Assembly (NCBI RefSeq): GCF_009914755.1
Contig: NC_060939.1
DNA: 64,000 bases
DNA from: the human T2T-CHM13v2.0 reference genome, Homo sapiens
Reading direction: 5' to 3' (one strand)
The notes under the pieces: model-generated
Databases searched by the model: none
Seen by the model: the letters and a program-made list of their open reading frames with translations, nothing else
Told to the model about the DNA's origin: nothing
Shown here: piece by piece, positions 13,704 through 27,104 of the stretch
How positions within the stretch are numbered: the first letter of the stretch is position 1
Layout of the letters: every line of letters starts with the position of its first letter
Program-made: the position numbers and the translations under genes

Positions 13704-15199
13704 TGGAAGCAGTTATTTTTGTACACACTCCCCAAAGAAAACAGTTTGATTTAAAGTTTAAATGTATTGATTCAATGAGTAAGTGAATCCACACTTTGTT
13801 GAATCTGCAGAAAAAAAAAAAACTTTGTCTAATATTAAATCAGCCAATAGAGCTAGTGTGGAAATTATAAATTTGTTACTATTAAAATAAATGATAATTT
13901 TGAGTGACTAAGCTGTGAATGGAGTCTCTTGTTCACTTAAATCATTTTCAAAGTACTTCCTTTTGGCATATCTGGAAACATTTTATTTGAAATTATTATT
14001 TTGGTTTGAATTTTTACCTATCAAAAGAACTAGTCAAAAAAGAAAGATGAAAGAAGGCACTAAGTATATACAGTTTATTGGTATAGTTTAGTGGGCTTTC
14101 TTTTTTTTTACAGCTTTAAGATGTAATTCACATAACATACAATGGACCAATTTAAAGTGCACGATTTGATGTACTTAAGTATATTGTAGATTTTAAAAAG
14201 AAGCAAAAACTTAACATTTTTAGTACAATAATTTCAAGTGTGAGTGCCAGAAAGGGGGATAGGGCTTTTCAGGAAAAAAAAAAGACTGATATTGAGAGCT
14301 ATTAGATAAATTTTCTTCTGAGGGAGGATTTGAACCTCTGAAAATCTAGGAAATGTAAATCCAAAATGTGCTAAACACAAGACTATTAGGCTTTTTCCTG
14401 AAATGAATAAATGAATGTGAGCTTTTGCCTCTTTATTTTCTGTGAGTCAAGGGCATGTATAACTATTTTTCAGCTTTACCTCATGAAAGCTCTGAGCTTT
14501 CCCTTCATGTTAAAATATATTATTTAACATTTGAGTATGTCAACACCACATTAGGCACTTTAAAGTACAGAATTAGCCATGCTTCCTACTCAGGGGACTT
14601 GTCTACTAAGCATCAGACTAAAGCAAAATGCTCTAGAATTCCCTCACATCAAGCAATCCATAGAGTGATATTTTCCCTTAATTCTTCTGTAAAATCAATG
14701 AGATTTTTCTCTCTTTTTTTTTTTGTGCAAACTCAAAGGAACACTCTTTGATTTAACATATACCTTTAGAAGTTCTGTTTGGCACATTCCACATCTTATT
14801 CTTTTATCATGGGACAGAATCAGTGACTACATCTAAAATTAGGCCTATTAAATGTGGTTTCTGTCACAAAGCAAAAGGAGTTCCCATTTTCACTAATTCT
14901 GTCATCACCTACATTATTTGTAGGTGGGATATTTAAACAAATGAGAGCTTATTTCTCTCATGCATCTTCATAGGGTACACTAACTTAATAAGGTTGATGG
15001 TATAATGCAGTGAGAGAGCCTGAAGAAAATAAATACAAAATGCTTTGATCTAGGCATACTTTTGCAGTGTAAAAATAGTTGGAAGTAAAATTTTTAATTA
15101 TGCTATAGTCTAGGATGCTTTGTGAGCATTAGAAATATAAGGCAAGTACAAAGTATTAACTCTTAAAGCTATCAGGCTACACTCTTTAATCTAAGATGA

Positions 15200-15539
<340 letters not shown>

Positions 15540-18500
15540 TAAAGTGTTAATTTTCAATCGAATAACTTGTTTAGTCACTGAATTGCTAGTCGGCTTCATT
15601 TATAGTTTTACCAGAGGCTCCTTAAACTTTTTGGTCTGCCAGATTAACTCTGCTTGGATAAATATACTATAATCAACTAGATTAATTAGTCAAATTAGCT
15701 TAGTATTTCTTCCTCAATACTTAGAAGTTGAAAAGTTCATAATGTTGAAATTAATAATTCAGCATCAGTTGCTAAAGTTTTTTTAAGACTAAATGTAATA
15801 GTGACAAGTGTTACAAATTCAGAAATATTGTAATTAAGCAAGCAGATGTACATTTTGAAATAGTGCCTCAATGAATATTAAAACATCCTGAATAAATTCT
15901 TGCTAGAGTTTAATTTGGTGATATAAATTGTTGAAAGAAATAATAAAATTATTAGCATACAGTGTTTTCTAAAAGATCTCATTGTCATTTACTGTAAATG
16001 GTGTTGTCAACATGCTAGTTCATAGATACATTTGGGAAAACTTGGCCCACATGGTTCTCTCATCGAATCTAGGGTGTTATTTCATGGACAAAAAGATCTT
16101 ATCTTAAGATATTAGGCCTTGAAACTGGGTCTTTGAGTTTTTTCTACCAGAGAGTGTAGTAGTTTCTCAGAGCAAATACTCGTGAAATTAGATAATTTCA
16201 TTTTGCAAACAATCTGGAAAGGATTTGGAGAATGAGGAAGAGGGGGAGAGAAGGGGGGCGATGAGAGGAATCTACTCAGGTTTTCTCGCACGGATTTTGA
16301 ATTTTGCCTTGAGATATTTAGAATTGAAATAATCAAAAGGTAATCATATTACCTAACTTTGGATAGAAAACATAAACGAATCCCAAATTTCTAATACTTA
16401 CCCTTCCTGCTAAAACTATGAGTCTTCCTAATGGAGAACAAATAATGAAAAGTTAAATACCCTGATTCCACCACTAATTCTTTTAAATTATCTGTAGCTG
16501 AGGATTGTTACACAGTCATTTTATCTTCAAAAAACGGCAGCAAAATGTCAATGAATAGGTAGTAGGAGGAGTTCTGGAAGGATGAGCACACCAATAAAAT
16601 TATTAAAAACCAGAGGTAAGTGAATTATTACCTGGATTTCCTTTCATATGATTGGAAAGAAACCCATGAGAGTTTAATTCTAGAATCTTTTTCTATTTTA
16701 TAAATATTTAAATGAGGCAAAAAGAAACTTCTAGAATTCCGGTATTTAACTAATTCTTCTACTGTACTTTCATTTAAAAAAAGTATTAATCCACTTGTCA
16801 AAGTCTCCTGGGGCATCATATCATTTCTTATAATTGTCCTTTATATTCTAAATGGTAGATGGATCTCTTAGTATATTTCTTCAAGGTGAAGAAAATAAAA
16901 TGGAAGCATTTGTTTTTCAACCAAAAGATAACTATCAGAGGAATGATGCAAAGTTTGCAATCTGATGGTTTTTAAGGATAATTTTAAGCTCGTCTTAATC
17001 TTTGAGACTGGTTACCTCATTTGTAAATAAGGAATATCACCTCCTAGATCCCTAACAGAAAATATTTGTATATTAAAATATAAAGGCTGTGTGTATGTGC
17101 TGCACTATCAGGCACAACAGTTTGGGGTTAAGCATTTTCAGCAATCTTAAAAGTCAAACTCATGTAATCCATTATAACTGAATCTACAAATGTCTTCAGG
17201 TAAATTCAGAAGACTGAAGCAAAAGATTTTTAGCCCAAAAGGTACCTTCTACTGAGGTTCTTACAGAATGTCAGAGTGCTTTAAATTATGGTACTAATAG
17301 AGAGAGATTACATATATATAAATGTAGACATTTTTACGAACAAAATCTTACAATGATAGTCTTGTTACCAGGATCAAACAGAAGCTCAAACCAGCTACCT
17401 CCATAAGGTGTGAAGTTGAGATGATTTTCAGGGTCAATAAAGCCAAAGTAATTTTAGATTGAACGCTTTGTTTTCCAAAAGAAAAAAAAAGTATGCACAT
17501 CTCTATTCATGATGTGTGTGTGGGTGGTATAGTTTTGAGAACTTGAGGAGAGTGGTGCTTGGTATAACCTAGGCAGCAAGGGAAAGCATTTAAAAATACT
17601 GTCAACGATTCTGGCAGGAAAGACTGTATAAATATACTGTAGACTCAAACATAAGTGAGCTGGTTAAAAAAAGAAAAGAAACTGCAAAGGAAAACTTCAA
17701 AACTTCTACCCCCATGATGAAATAAATTACATAAAGGAGGAAGTTATCAAGGGTTTTCATACCCACCATATACCTAATTTCAAAAGCCTAGTTCTTAAGG
17801 AATTTTCTTTTCAAATCTGAGGATTCAGTATTCAGCCAATATAATTGGTCGGATAGTCTTAGCATATTTTGTGAAATCATTTATAAGACTACCAAATGTC
17901 TTGGGAACTTTTCCCTCTAATCACTCCTGAATCCGTCCAAATTGGTTTTAAATTATTCCTTTCGTAATGGTAAATTTTTATTACAAACATGTTTTTTACT
18001 CCAATTTAAACACAGATATGTCAGTTTGAAGTTGAAATAATTAGATCCTACATGGTTTTTCATGCAGCACATTATTATATTATATCAAAAATCCTATCCC
18101 ATCATGGAAAAGATGTGAAAGGTTTATATAAATTCCAAGTTAATTTATTTCATTAAATGGCTTATACTGTGCATGTAGGTGTGCATTTATTTTCAAGCAC
18201 AAACATGCAAATACATAGAACCATGAATTATATTCCACAGCATCCCTTTTAAAGTGCGTTTTTTCTTTTAAAAATCTTTACATGAATAATATCCACCATC
18301 ATGGACGTTGAACACTGATGATTCTGGCTAACGCTTTTATCCTTTGCTTGAAATTACAGGATCAGTCTAGCCAGAATTTATGAGAACCAGACCTCAGACC
18401 TCACATAGCTCACATATGAGACCATTAGGCATCTAACTACCTCTGAACAATTTCAATGCATTATCTCGCCTTTTCCCTGGGGCACAAACTTCACTCGTCC

Positions 18501-19157
18501 ATACTTTTAATATATTTTGTCTGCATGAAGCAGATCGAGTTATTACATGCCAGTGGATCACAACTTACAGAAATTTCATTGCTTCCCAACGATGCAACAA
18601 ACGTCTCTGTTCTCCTCCCTGATATATGGCTGAAGGGAAATGGTCAATACTGCAAATGTCTGTAAATTATCTGGCGGTTTTATGTAAAGTCTATTTGATA
18701 TTTTTACTTAAACACTTTAAACATTTTCATGCATTCCCACCCATAGACACTTAACCAAGGAAGGCCATATCCATGCACTTTTTTTTTCTAATTGCATGCC
18801 ACTTCAAATGAACTATGAAAGTGCCTAGATAAATGAAAACCACCTAACTTTTACTTTCTCCAGTACATTCCTGATTGAACATCTCTTGTTTTTACTTACA
18901 TTTTGATTTGCAGGTTTCTAAGTCTTACAAGCCAGAAATTTATTTGTTCTTCAAAAAAGAAATTTAGTGATCTAAGATTTAAAAATTAATTGATCTCTGA
19001 ACTCTCCTAAACCTTTTACCTGGATTAATGGCAAAGCCATTACGTTCTTTTCTTTCATTAGGGTTTTTTTTTTTTCTTCAGCAAGGCTGATCAGGAAACA
19101 AGGGTGATCCTATCCTGTCCCTAGAGGCAGTTCATCAGCTAGCTCAGTTTACAGCTA

Positions 19158-19159
<2 letters not shown>

Positions 19160-19190
<31 letters not shown>

Positions 19191-19228
19191 AAAGAAAAGA
19201 AAAGAAAGAAAGAAAGAAAGAAAAAAAA
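19160..19228. repeat. Orphan poly(A) run of about 30 nt plus (AAAG)n, not attached to a recognisable SINE or LINE
   Basis: Read directly; upstream sequence is not an Alu or L1 3' end. Confidence 0.85.
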
Positions 19229-19406
19229 CCTAGAGGTAAGTAGCACTCAGAAATGTGCTTTATCATGAGGAACTATTGCGGTAAGTGAGCACACAATAGG
19301 CATTTTTCTTGTTCGACTTGAATCTTTGTATTATTATTTTTCATTATCCATTCTGAAGTTAGGTTTCTCAGACTTCTGGGCTAGTTAACCATTTCCTCTA
19401 GTCTGA

Positions 19407-19509
19407 GATATATATATATATATATATATGTGTGTATATATATATACATATGTGTATATATATATACACACACACACATATATATATACACACACATATA
19501 TATATATAT
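19407..19509. repeat. Compound (TA)n/(TG)n/(CA)n microsatellite
   Basis: About 100 bp of alternating purine-pyrimidine sequence. Confidence 0.95.
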
Positions 19510-20911
19510 TTTTAAATATTGGTGAATAATTATGCTACTTAGGTTTTCCCAATAAAATAATTGGTAAAGGAAAACCAAGCTACTGTTATCTAAGACAATT
19601 TTCTCATTTAGTTCCAAACTAAAACAAACAGCAATGAAAGGTCATTAGTCTCACAGACTAAAATTGTTTTGATGAAGGCCAGCTTTCCATTCTGTTGACA
19701 AGCGTCTCAATTCTTTTCAACAGCTCTAGGTGTTCACACTGGAAGAATGTGGGGCAGCTTTGGGGCAGTCATCAGCCTCAGGGAACCAATGGCTCCTGGT
19801 GACAATTTGCAGAGCTGCCACTAGTCAAACTGTTCCTCCTCCCCTATTTTTTTTATCGAGATTGGGAAAATTAATAATGGAAATTTGTTCTTAGTGGCAG
19901 ATTTGAATACAAACACTGCTTGAATTTCTGCTGCTGTATGTTGTTGTTTAGCAATAATGAAGTCTCATCATAATTACGTGTTTCTTCAGAGTAAAGTCAA
20001 GGAATTTAAAGGGATCTGCAAAACTTCCAAGATTTCCTCCAAGAAGGCACTGTTTCTTTCTTAGTAGGTCAAATATCATGGCCCAAAATGGAATCAGTAA
20101 ACAAGAGACATGGAGCAGATGGAACGGAAATGGAACCTCTGAGGATGACCTGACTGTCTCATAACTTCTATGCTGGCTTAAGAGCTGAGGGCTGACCAGC
20201 CTTATGATTAAAGGCCAAGACCTAAACTGCATGATTTTGTCCCATTGTCTTCCCAGCTAAAAATAAGAATCACCATTTCTTAACCAGAAATGGGAGTAAC
20301 TCTCCATATTACATCCTTGCATTCAGGCCTCCCCTTACCATTTACTCTGAGAGGTTTTACTTGTCAAGTCCTCTAACCTTTCCAAAACTGGATGTCAAAC
20401 AGAGCTGTGAATCACTGAAAGGGAAGCCCTCAAGGGCTGGAAGGGTGAATTCAAACAGCCTCTGAAAAGTTCAGGGTAAAAAGCATTGTATAGGAATAGC
20501 TCAGGGATTTAGAAGTCGGGAAATATAGGTTCTATTTCGAGCTATGCCTTGAGCATGTTGCTCTCTTTACAAAAATTGCCAGATGTGAGAGGAAAGATTG
20601 CTTACTTTGTGGAGTGTTTAAGGAATTCTTAATCAGAGAATCTGATTAAAGTTAAGAATGAAACTCAGCTAATGGCTTTTTTAAAGCAAAACCAACAAAC
20701 AAACACACTGGGCTGACAAGCTCTTTATTTTTCTGGGTTAATTTTTACTGTCTGCCCTCAAACTGAACTGCTTTCCACCTTTTTTGAGAAAGAATGAACA
20801 TTTTGCTAACTTTGAGTTAGGAAAGGGAAATGAAATCCCAGTGTCACAGGGTTGGAAGGGCCCATGGATAATACATAATTCAGTATCTTAGCCAATTCTT
20901 GATTTCTCTCT

Positions 20912-21208
20912 CTCTCTCTTTTTTTTTTTTTTGAGACAGAATCTTGCTCTGTTGCCCAGGCTGGACTGCATTGGCGCGATCTCGGCTCACTGCAAGCTCC
21001 ATCTTCTGGGTTCACGCCATTCTCCTGCCTTGGAGTAGCTGGGACTACAGGCACCTGCCACCACGCCTGGCTAATTTTTTTTGTATTTTTACTAAAGACG
21101 GGGTTTCACCGTGTTAGCCAGGATGGTCTCGATCTCCTGACCTAGTGATCTGTCCGCTTTGGCCTCCCAAAGAGCTGGGATTACAGGCATGAGCCACCGT
21201 GCCCGGCC
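20912..21208 (-). mobile_element. AluY-like with a small internal deletion, TSD TTGATTTCTCTCT
   Basis: TSD at 20899-20911 and 21209-21221; GGGTTCACGCCATTCTCC and GTGTTAGCCAGGATGG. Confidence 0.92.
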
Positions 21209-21664
21209 TTGATTTCTCTCTTTACCACAGGTGCCAAGGTACAAACGTGCATGGTTTAAGCAAATTTAGGAAGATGAAGCATACCACCTGCACAGGCAGT
21301 TCATTCCACATTCAGTTTACTGGTGCTTACAAAGTGCTGACCGAGGTCAGGCTGAAACCTGTGGCCCTGCACCTTCACTGATCCTTGCCCTATCCCCTGT
21401 CATATCACAGAGCAAGCCCAGTTGCTTTCTTCCACATGGAAATCCTTCAAACACTTAAGGACACTGTACTGTCCCTTTAGATGTTCTCTTCTTCAGTTCG
21501 AGCATGCACTCTTCCTTCATGCCATTTTCCTCACGACGGGCTATAGGTTGTTCATGTCCTCCTTAAAGGTGGATCCCATAAATGGTACCATAGTTTAAAG
21601 CCAGTTTGATCAGCACAGACTACGACTTTTACCATTCTGGATATATTGTCGTAAAAACACAAAG

Positions 21665-21950
21665 TTTTTTTTTTTTTTTTTTTTTTTTTTTGGTCTTCCT
21701 TTGTCACCTAGGCTGGAGTACAGTGGTGCAATCACAGCTCACTGCAGCCTCCACATCCTCCCACCTCAGCCTCCCAAGCAGCTGGGAAAAGAGGTGCACA
21801 CCACCACACCAGGCTAATTCTTTTATTTTTTGTAGAGATGGGGTCTCGCTCTGTTGCTCAGGCTGGTCTCAAACTCATGGACTCAAGTGATCCTTCCACC
21901 TCAGCCTCCCAAAGTGCTGAGATTACAGACATGAGCCCCAGTGCCTGGCC
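21665..21950 (-). mobile_element. AluJ-like
   Basis: Poly(T) followed by ATCACAGCTCACTGCAGCCTC...CCCAAAGTGCTGAGATTACAG. Confidence 0.9.
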
Positions 21951-23194
21951 AAGGCTTTTCTTTTTCTTCCAAATCATTCCATGCTTACTGTCAGCTAAAA
22001 TCTCTCCTCTGTTACATAGCTCCTGTCTTATATTTGTATAATTAAATTATGGTACTTAAACACTCTTTACATTTATCTTCTTTACAGTTTCATCTGGTTA
22101 GGTTGGCCCATTGTTTCAACCCATTCCAAACTATTTTCGGCCATAAGAAAGACGCTAAGGACTTCATAAACTGCTTGAAGCGTACTGCTCTGAGGGCTTC
22201 CGTATTACGCCAAACGTTTCATTCATGCAAGAGCCCTGTGAGGTAGAGATTCCCCTCCTAACTTAGTTGATGAAACTAAGCCTGGAAGATTAAGCAAATT
22301 GCTGATGGTCACACTCCAAGTGCTGGCTGAAACCAAGATTCAAATCTTAAGCATTCTAACTATACATGACTAGTTCTTGCCATTCTTCTGTGCTCTTTCT
22401 TAGGATTTCTTTGGATTCTGTTTCTGACATTTAACACGTTGGCTCTTTCTTCATCTTCAGGTAGAGTTATCAGTGTCCTCAATCAATTCATCATTTTGAA
22501 AATAATTGCGTATAACTGGCCTGAAGACAAAGCCAATTGAGCTCAGGTGCTAGCAATCTCTTTGTGCTGTCTTTCATTACAAAGCCATCCAACGAAACTC
22601 TCACTGGCCAGTAATTTTTCATTATGCTCACAAGGACATTGTTGGCTCATTTATTTAATATATAGAGTGTCTACTATATGCTAGGATCAGTGTCAGACAC
22701 TGGGCATACAGCAAGGAACCAAACTGACATGGTCATCACGACAACCTTGTCAGAGGTCAAGATAGGTCTGGTTTAATTTACTCATAGTAAACCATGCTGA
22801 CTCTTAGTGATCAATGCTTCCTCTTAGTATGGAAGGAACTGCCACAATGACACTTAGTTTGCCTGCCTAGGGGATGAAAATTAGTACTGAGCCCAGCAAA
22901 ATGAGCAAGGTAAGGGCATGCAGAACAGTGCCATTAAGAGTGATGCTGCTCTGAGAATCATAGGCTCCAGCCTATGGTAGCAACTTGACCCATCCTGCAG
23001 GGAGTTTTCATTTTTAAGAACACAGGGCCAAGTTTTCATGTTTCCAGCTGCATGACAAGTATCTCCTTTTCCCTGTAACCATTCACTGACAACAAACGCA
23101 CTTTTCCGAAGGCAAACACCTACAGAATTTGCTTAGAAGATAGTCTGTGAAAACTGATCAAAGTGAAATTTGAAAGATAACTGTGGAAAATAAT

Positions 23195-23430
23195 TTAGCT
23201 TCCATTTATTGAGCAGCTATTATGTGCTTGGCACTGCATTTCACACTTTTATTTATTTTAGTCCTCATAGTAAGCCTACTGGGAGTGTAATTTTTAAACT
23301 CCTCATTTAAAATTTTTAACATGCTTTTTACACATGAGAAAATGGATGCTTGGAGTGATCATGGCACACAACTGGCAAGTCAAAGAGTCACCAGGCCTAG
23401 AACTGACTCCAAAAGCAATGTTCTTCCTAC
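23195..23430 (-). mobile_element. MIR relic
   Basis: CATTTATTGAGCAGCTATTATGTGCTTGGCACTG...TTTTACACATGAGAAAATGGA. Confidence 0.65.
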
Positions 23431-24339
23431 CTCCCACATGGAAACAAGTTGTACCCTTTTTATCTTTGAGTTATTAATATTCCAGCAAGGAAGAGTTTAA
23501 AATATCAGGAGAAAACAAAAGAGCAAATCTGGCGTGATAGCTAAGGCAATCACCTCATTATTATAGCCAATAATTTCTTTAGGCCTCAGTGTCTCAATTG
23601 GTTGAATCAATTAATAGGACCTATGTATCACAAGGTCATAATTAAGAATGACTACAAAGAGGTTTTTTGAGAAACAGAAGATTAGGGCTGCTGCTTTTAG
23701 GAGCCACTCTACTTCCTTCACTGTCTGCTTGATGGTATTTGAACTAAGCTAAATAGAAAATAAGGTCTTTACATCCTAATAAGGACTGGAGGTCTCTTTA
23801 CCACCATTACCCAAGCTTGCCAGCCTCAACTGCAGTGAGAAGATTTACTCTTCATCTTTCTGCAACCACAACCCCTACACTGAAAATGGCCAAGCTTTTC
23901 ATGTTTCCCAAGGAGCAAACCCCAGTCTTGATACTACTTGAAGATGATCTTACTACTTAAATGAAATAACCAAAGTCAAAATGAGCTTCCCCTTTTTTTC
24001 TCCTCTTCATATCGCTAATTGTATTTACTCCCACCCACTGTCAGAGAAAGAGCCATTCTTCCACATTGCCAAGGCTATTCTTCCTATGTGTGCCTTTGAT
24101 TTTCCCCCACTTATTTTTCCCATCAATTTGCCCATATTCTCCCATCCCTTGAATTTTCAATCTGTTCACTTCTACCAGATCCTTTCTTCTTGTTTACAAA
24201 CGTGCATGAGCATACCGTATTCTTTAAAAGAAGAGAAGCAAAAAACAAGCAACTTTTCTCAGCTCCACTCCCTGCCCCCTCCCAAGCTAGGATCCTCTCT
24301 ATTTTCACAGGTCTTGAAAGAAAAGTCCACTTCCGGACC

Positions 24340-26015
24340 CCCCACTCTGTCCTTCCCTTCTTGCAATCTGGCTTCTGCCCTTGTCACTCCACTGAGACTC
24401 TACAGACCGAAAGGTCACCAATGACTTCCTCACGACCAAATTCATTGGTATTTTCTCCCTTTGGTCCCCTCACCCTTCTCTGTCGACCTTGATCTGTTGA
24501 TTATGCATTTCTTTTACATTAACATTTATTTAGCAACTACCTGATGCCAATCACAGGGCTATACTGGGGGCTCAGGCTTCAAGTAATCTTTCATGACTAA
24601 GAGAAGAAGTATTTTCTCACTTATCTTCTTAGTTCTCTAGTATCTTCTTGGGCCTCTCTAGCTGCTGTCATTCCTAAGTATACTTTCCCAAGGATCTATC
24701 CTTGGCCCTCTTCTCTAGAGTCCTCAGTAACAATCTCACCACTTCAGCTACTACCTTGGACCCTTGAGAATCAGAGGCTGATTCTAAATCTCTTCCTACT
24801 CCAGCCCTTTAGTTCTGCATTTCAAATGCCTGGTACATGCTCATATACTGGACTCTCATTTTCTCATAAACCTACTCCTGTTTTATTTATTTGAATAGTT
24901 ACTGGCATTCTAATATAGTCAGGCCCAAAACCCTAGCAGTATGTTGGATTGCTTCCCCCTCTTTCCCTGTTCACCACACTTAGATTGCCAGAATATGCAG
25001 ATTCTTCCTCCAGACTATTTTTCATACTTATCTCCTCACTTCCATTTCCATTGCCCTAAGGTAGAAACTCATTAGCTTACACTTAGATCAGGCTTTTGCA
25101 ACCTTTAGTCATTCCCCTAAGGCCTTCAAGATTTGGGAAATATGGGCAGATCACATGCACTATATTATTTATTTAATATTTTAAATTTACTTGACCTACA
25201 TTGTTTTCTTTAGATTCATCCATGGCAATAGTTTATAGAATAAGAGGTTCGATATACAAATTATATTTTTAAATATGTACTTAAACCTATGTTATTATTA
25301 AAATCTGAATAGCACTTAGATTTGCCATACGTGCCACAAACCGTACATCATCCGTACTTTGTGAAACACTTATTTTTATTACACAAAAGCCTTGTAATGA
25401 GTATTCTATCTCATTTTTTTTGGCATTTCAACCCATCTGATTAAACTTTTCCAAACTAATTGTTCTGAATTATAACAATATTCTGTCTGTTTCTTGCTCA
25501 AAAACTCATTCTCCACCCAATTATATCTGAAATCCTTAACCAATGTGGTCTCTAGTCTGAATAGACCTGCCCTCCCAACATCATTTCCTGTTGCTCAGGC
25601 AGCCTTATCTCAGCCTTGATGGAAGCAATGCCTGCTAATCACTGCTTCCCATACATTCCCTGCACCGTCCTGCTGGCTCCAGCCCCCACCCCCACCCCAT
25701 CACCTGCCTTCAAAGTTCTCCCTCCTCCTCCCCGCTTCTGCAGCCTCCTTAAAACATGTACTAATTTCTTCAGCTGGAAGTAATCTTTCCTTCCTCCAAC
25801 TCCCATAGCCCTGTACCCATAGTTTTCTTTTGACACTTTTCACTTTTTACTTTTAATTTATGTTACATATTCACATTTTATCTCTCCTACATGTGTTTAA
25901 ATTTCTTGAGGGCAGGCTGGGTTCTGACTCATCTTTGCATCCTCCTTTCACTTAGTGAAGTACTTGCCCGCAGAAGGAAAATAAAGACCACTAAATATTG
26001 GTGAATAAATGAATA
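24340..26015 (+). mobile_element. Fragmented L2 LINE relic including its 3' end
   Basis: TCTGGCTTCTGCCCTTGTCACTCCACTGAGAC...AGGTCACCAATGAC; CTTGAGGGCAGG...CATCTTTGCATCC; TAAATATTGGTGAATAAATGAAT terminus. Confidence 0.7.
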
Positions 26016-27104
26016 TACGGTCAGGCAACATTTTGGTTTAAGTGATTTTGATTAGTTTCCTCATCTAGTAGCATTTTTTTCTTAATAATTCATCTGTATT
26101 TTAGTGGTAGGGATTAATGAAGGGGGTGAAGGAGCTTCGTATATGTCACATCTTGGCCCACTTTTTCTTACATTTACTTTCATTTAAACGAGACAATGAA
26201 ATAGATGTAATGAAGTATTTCCATTATATAGTTGCACAGGAAAGGAGGCTGTTTGGAGTGAAAACTAAAGTTTTTATTCTTTTTATTTTATTTGCTTTCA
26301 ATTGGAAGATTTCTAAGAAGACAGTGCTACAACAAAATTTGTTTTATTTTTAAATTTATTAAGTGCACTGTTTTTATCAGAGCCATCCTCCCAATACCTA
26401 AGTAATATGGAAAGTCTATAAAACCATGTCTCCTGGAGGGCTCACTTACCTCCACAAAGATTTTTCCTTGAATGACTGACCACAGCTGCAGGACAGCCTT
26501 GAGCATTTAGTTTGGCACCCACAGAGGGAGCCCAGAGCAAACCAACCTGCTGCACAGTGAGACAGAAACACCCTCTGATTATTCTGCCCTTTTAGCAGAG
26601 ACCCTCCCTCTAGCCTAAATGGACCTGTACATTCTGATTTCACTGGGCCATAGACTCTGCCATAGACTCTGTGTGATACTCCAGAAAATACTTCTCAGAA
26701 AGCTGAAAGCTTTGCATTCATCAGACACTCACTTTTGCTCAAATATGATATGAATAAGTCTTCCAGGGTAAACAACAACAACAACAACAACAACAAAAAC
26801 ACCACTGGCTAAATTTTCTGTTTTAAAATTGTCAATATTTTAGACTTCATACATTTTGATTTTTTTTAAATTTAGAAGAGAGGGAAGGCAAAGTAAAAAA
26901 AAAATCAATAAAAGGCAAGAGTTCTGTCACTTAGATACGAACATGTTGGACTCCATATGACACTTGCTGTAGCCATTAGTGAGAAATTAGTAGTTCTTAC
27001 TAATATCAACAGGCCATTTTATGTACTAAGAAGTGGTCCTGACTTTTGAAATCTTCTTCTTTCTCCAAATTTCTTCCTAAAATATTGTTCCCCATGATAC
27101 AGTG

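Noticed and set aside
19233-19286. Two consensus donors on the + strand (GAG|GTAAGT, GCG|GTAAGT) suggesting an antisense exon
   Set aside because: No matching acceptor or promoter evidence visible; such motifs occur by chance.
23981-24492. 147-aa and 100-aa overlapping ORFs
   Set aside because: Pyrimidine-rich, partly L2-derived sequence with no recognisable domain or exon structure.
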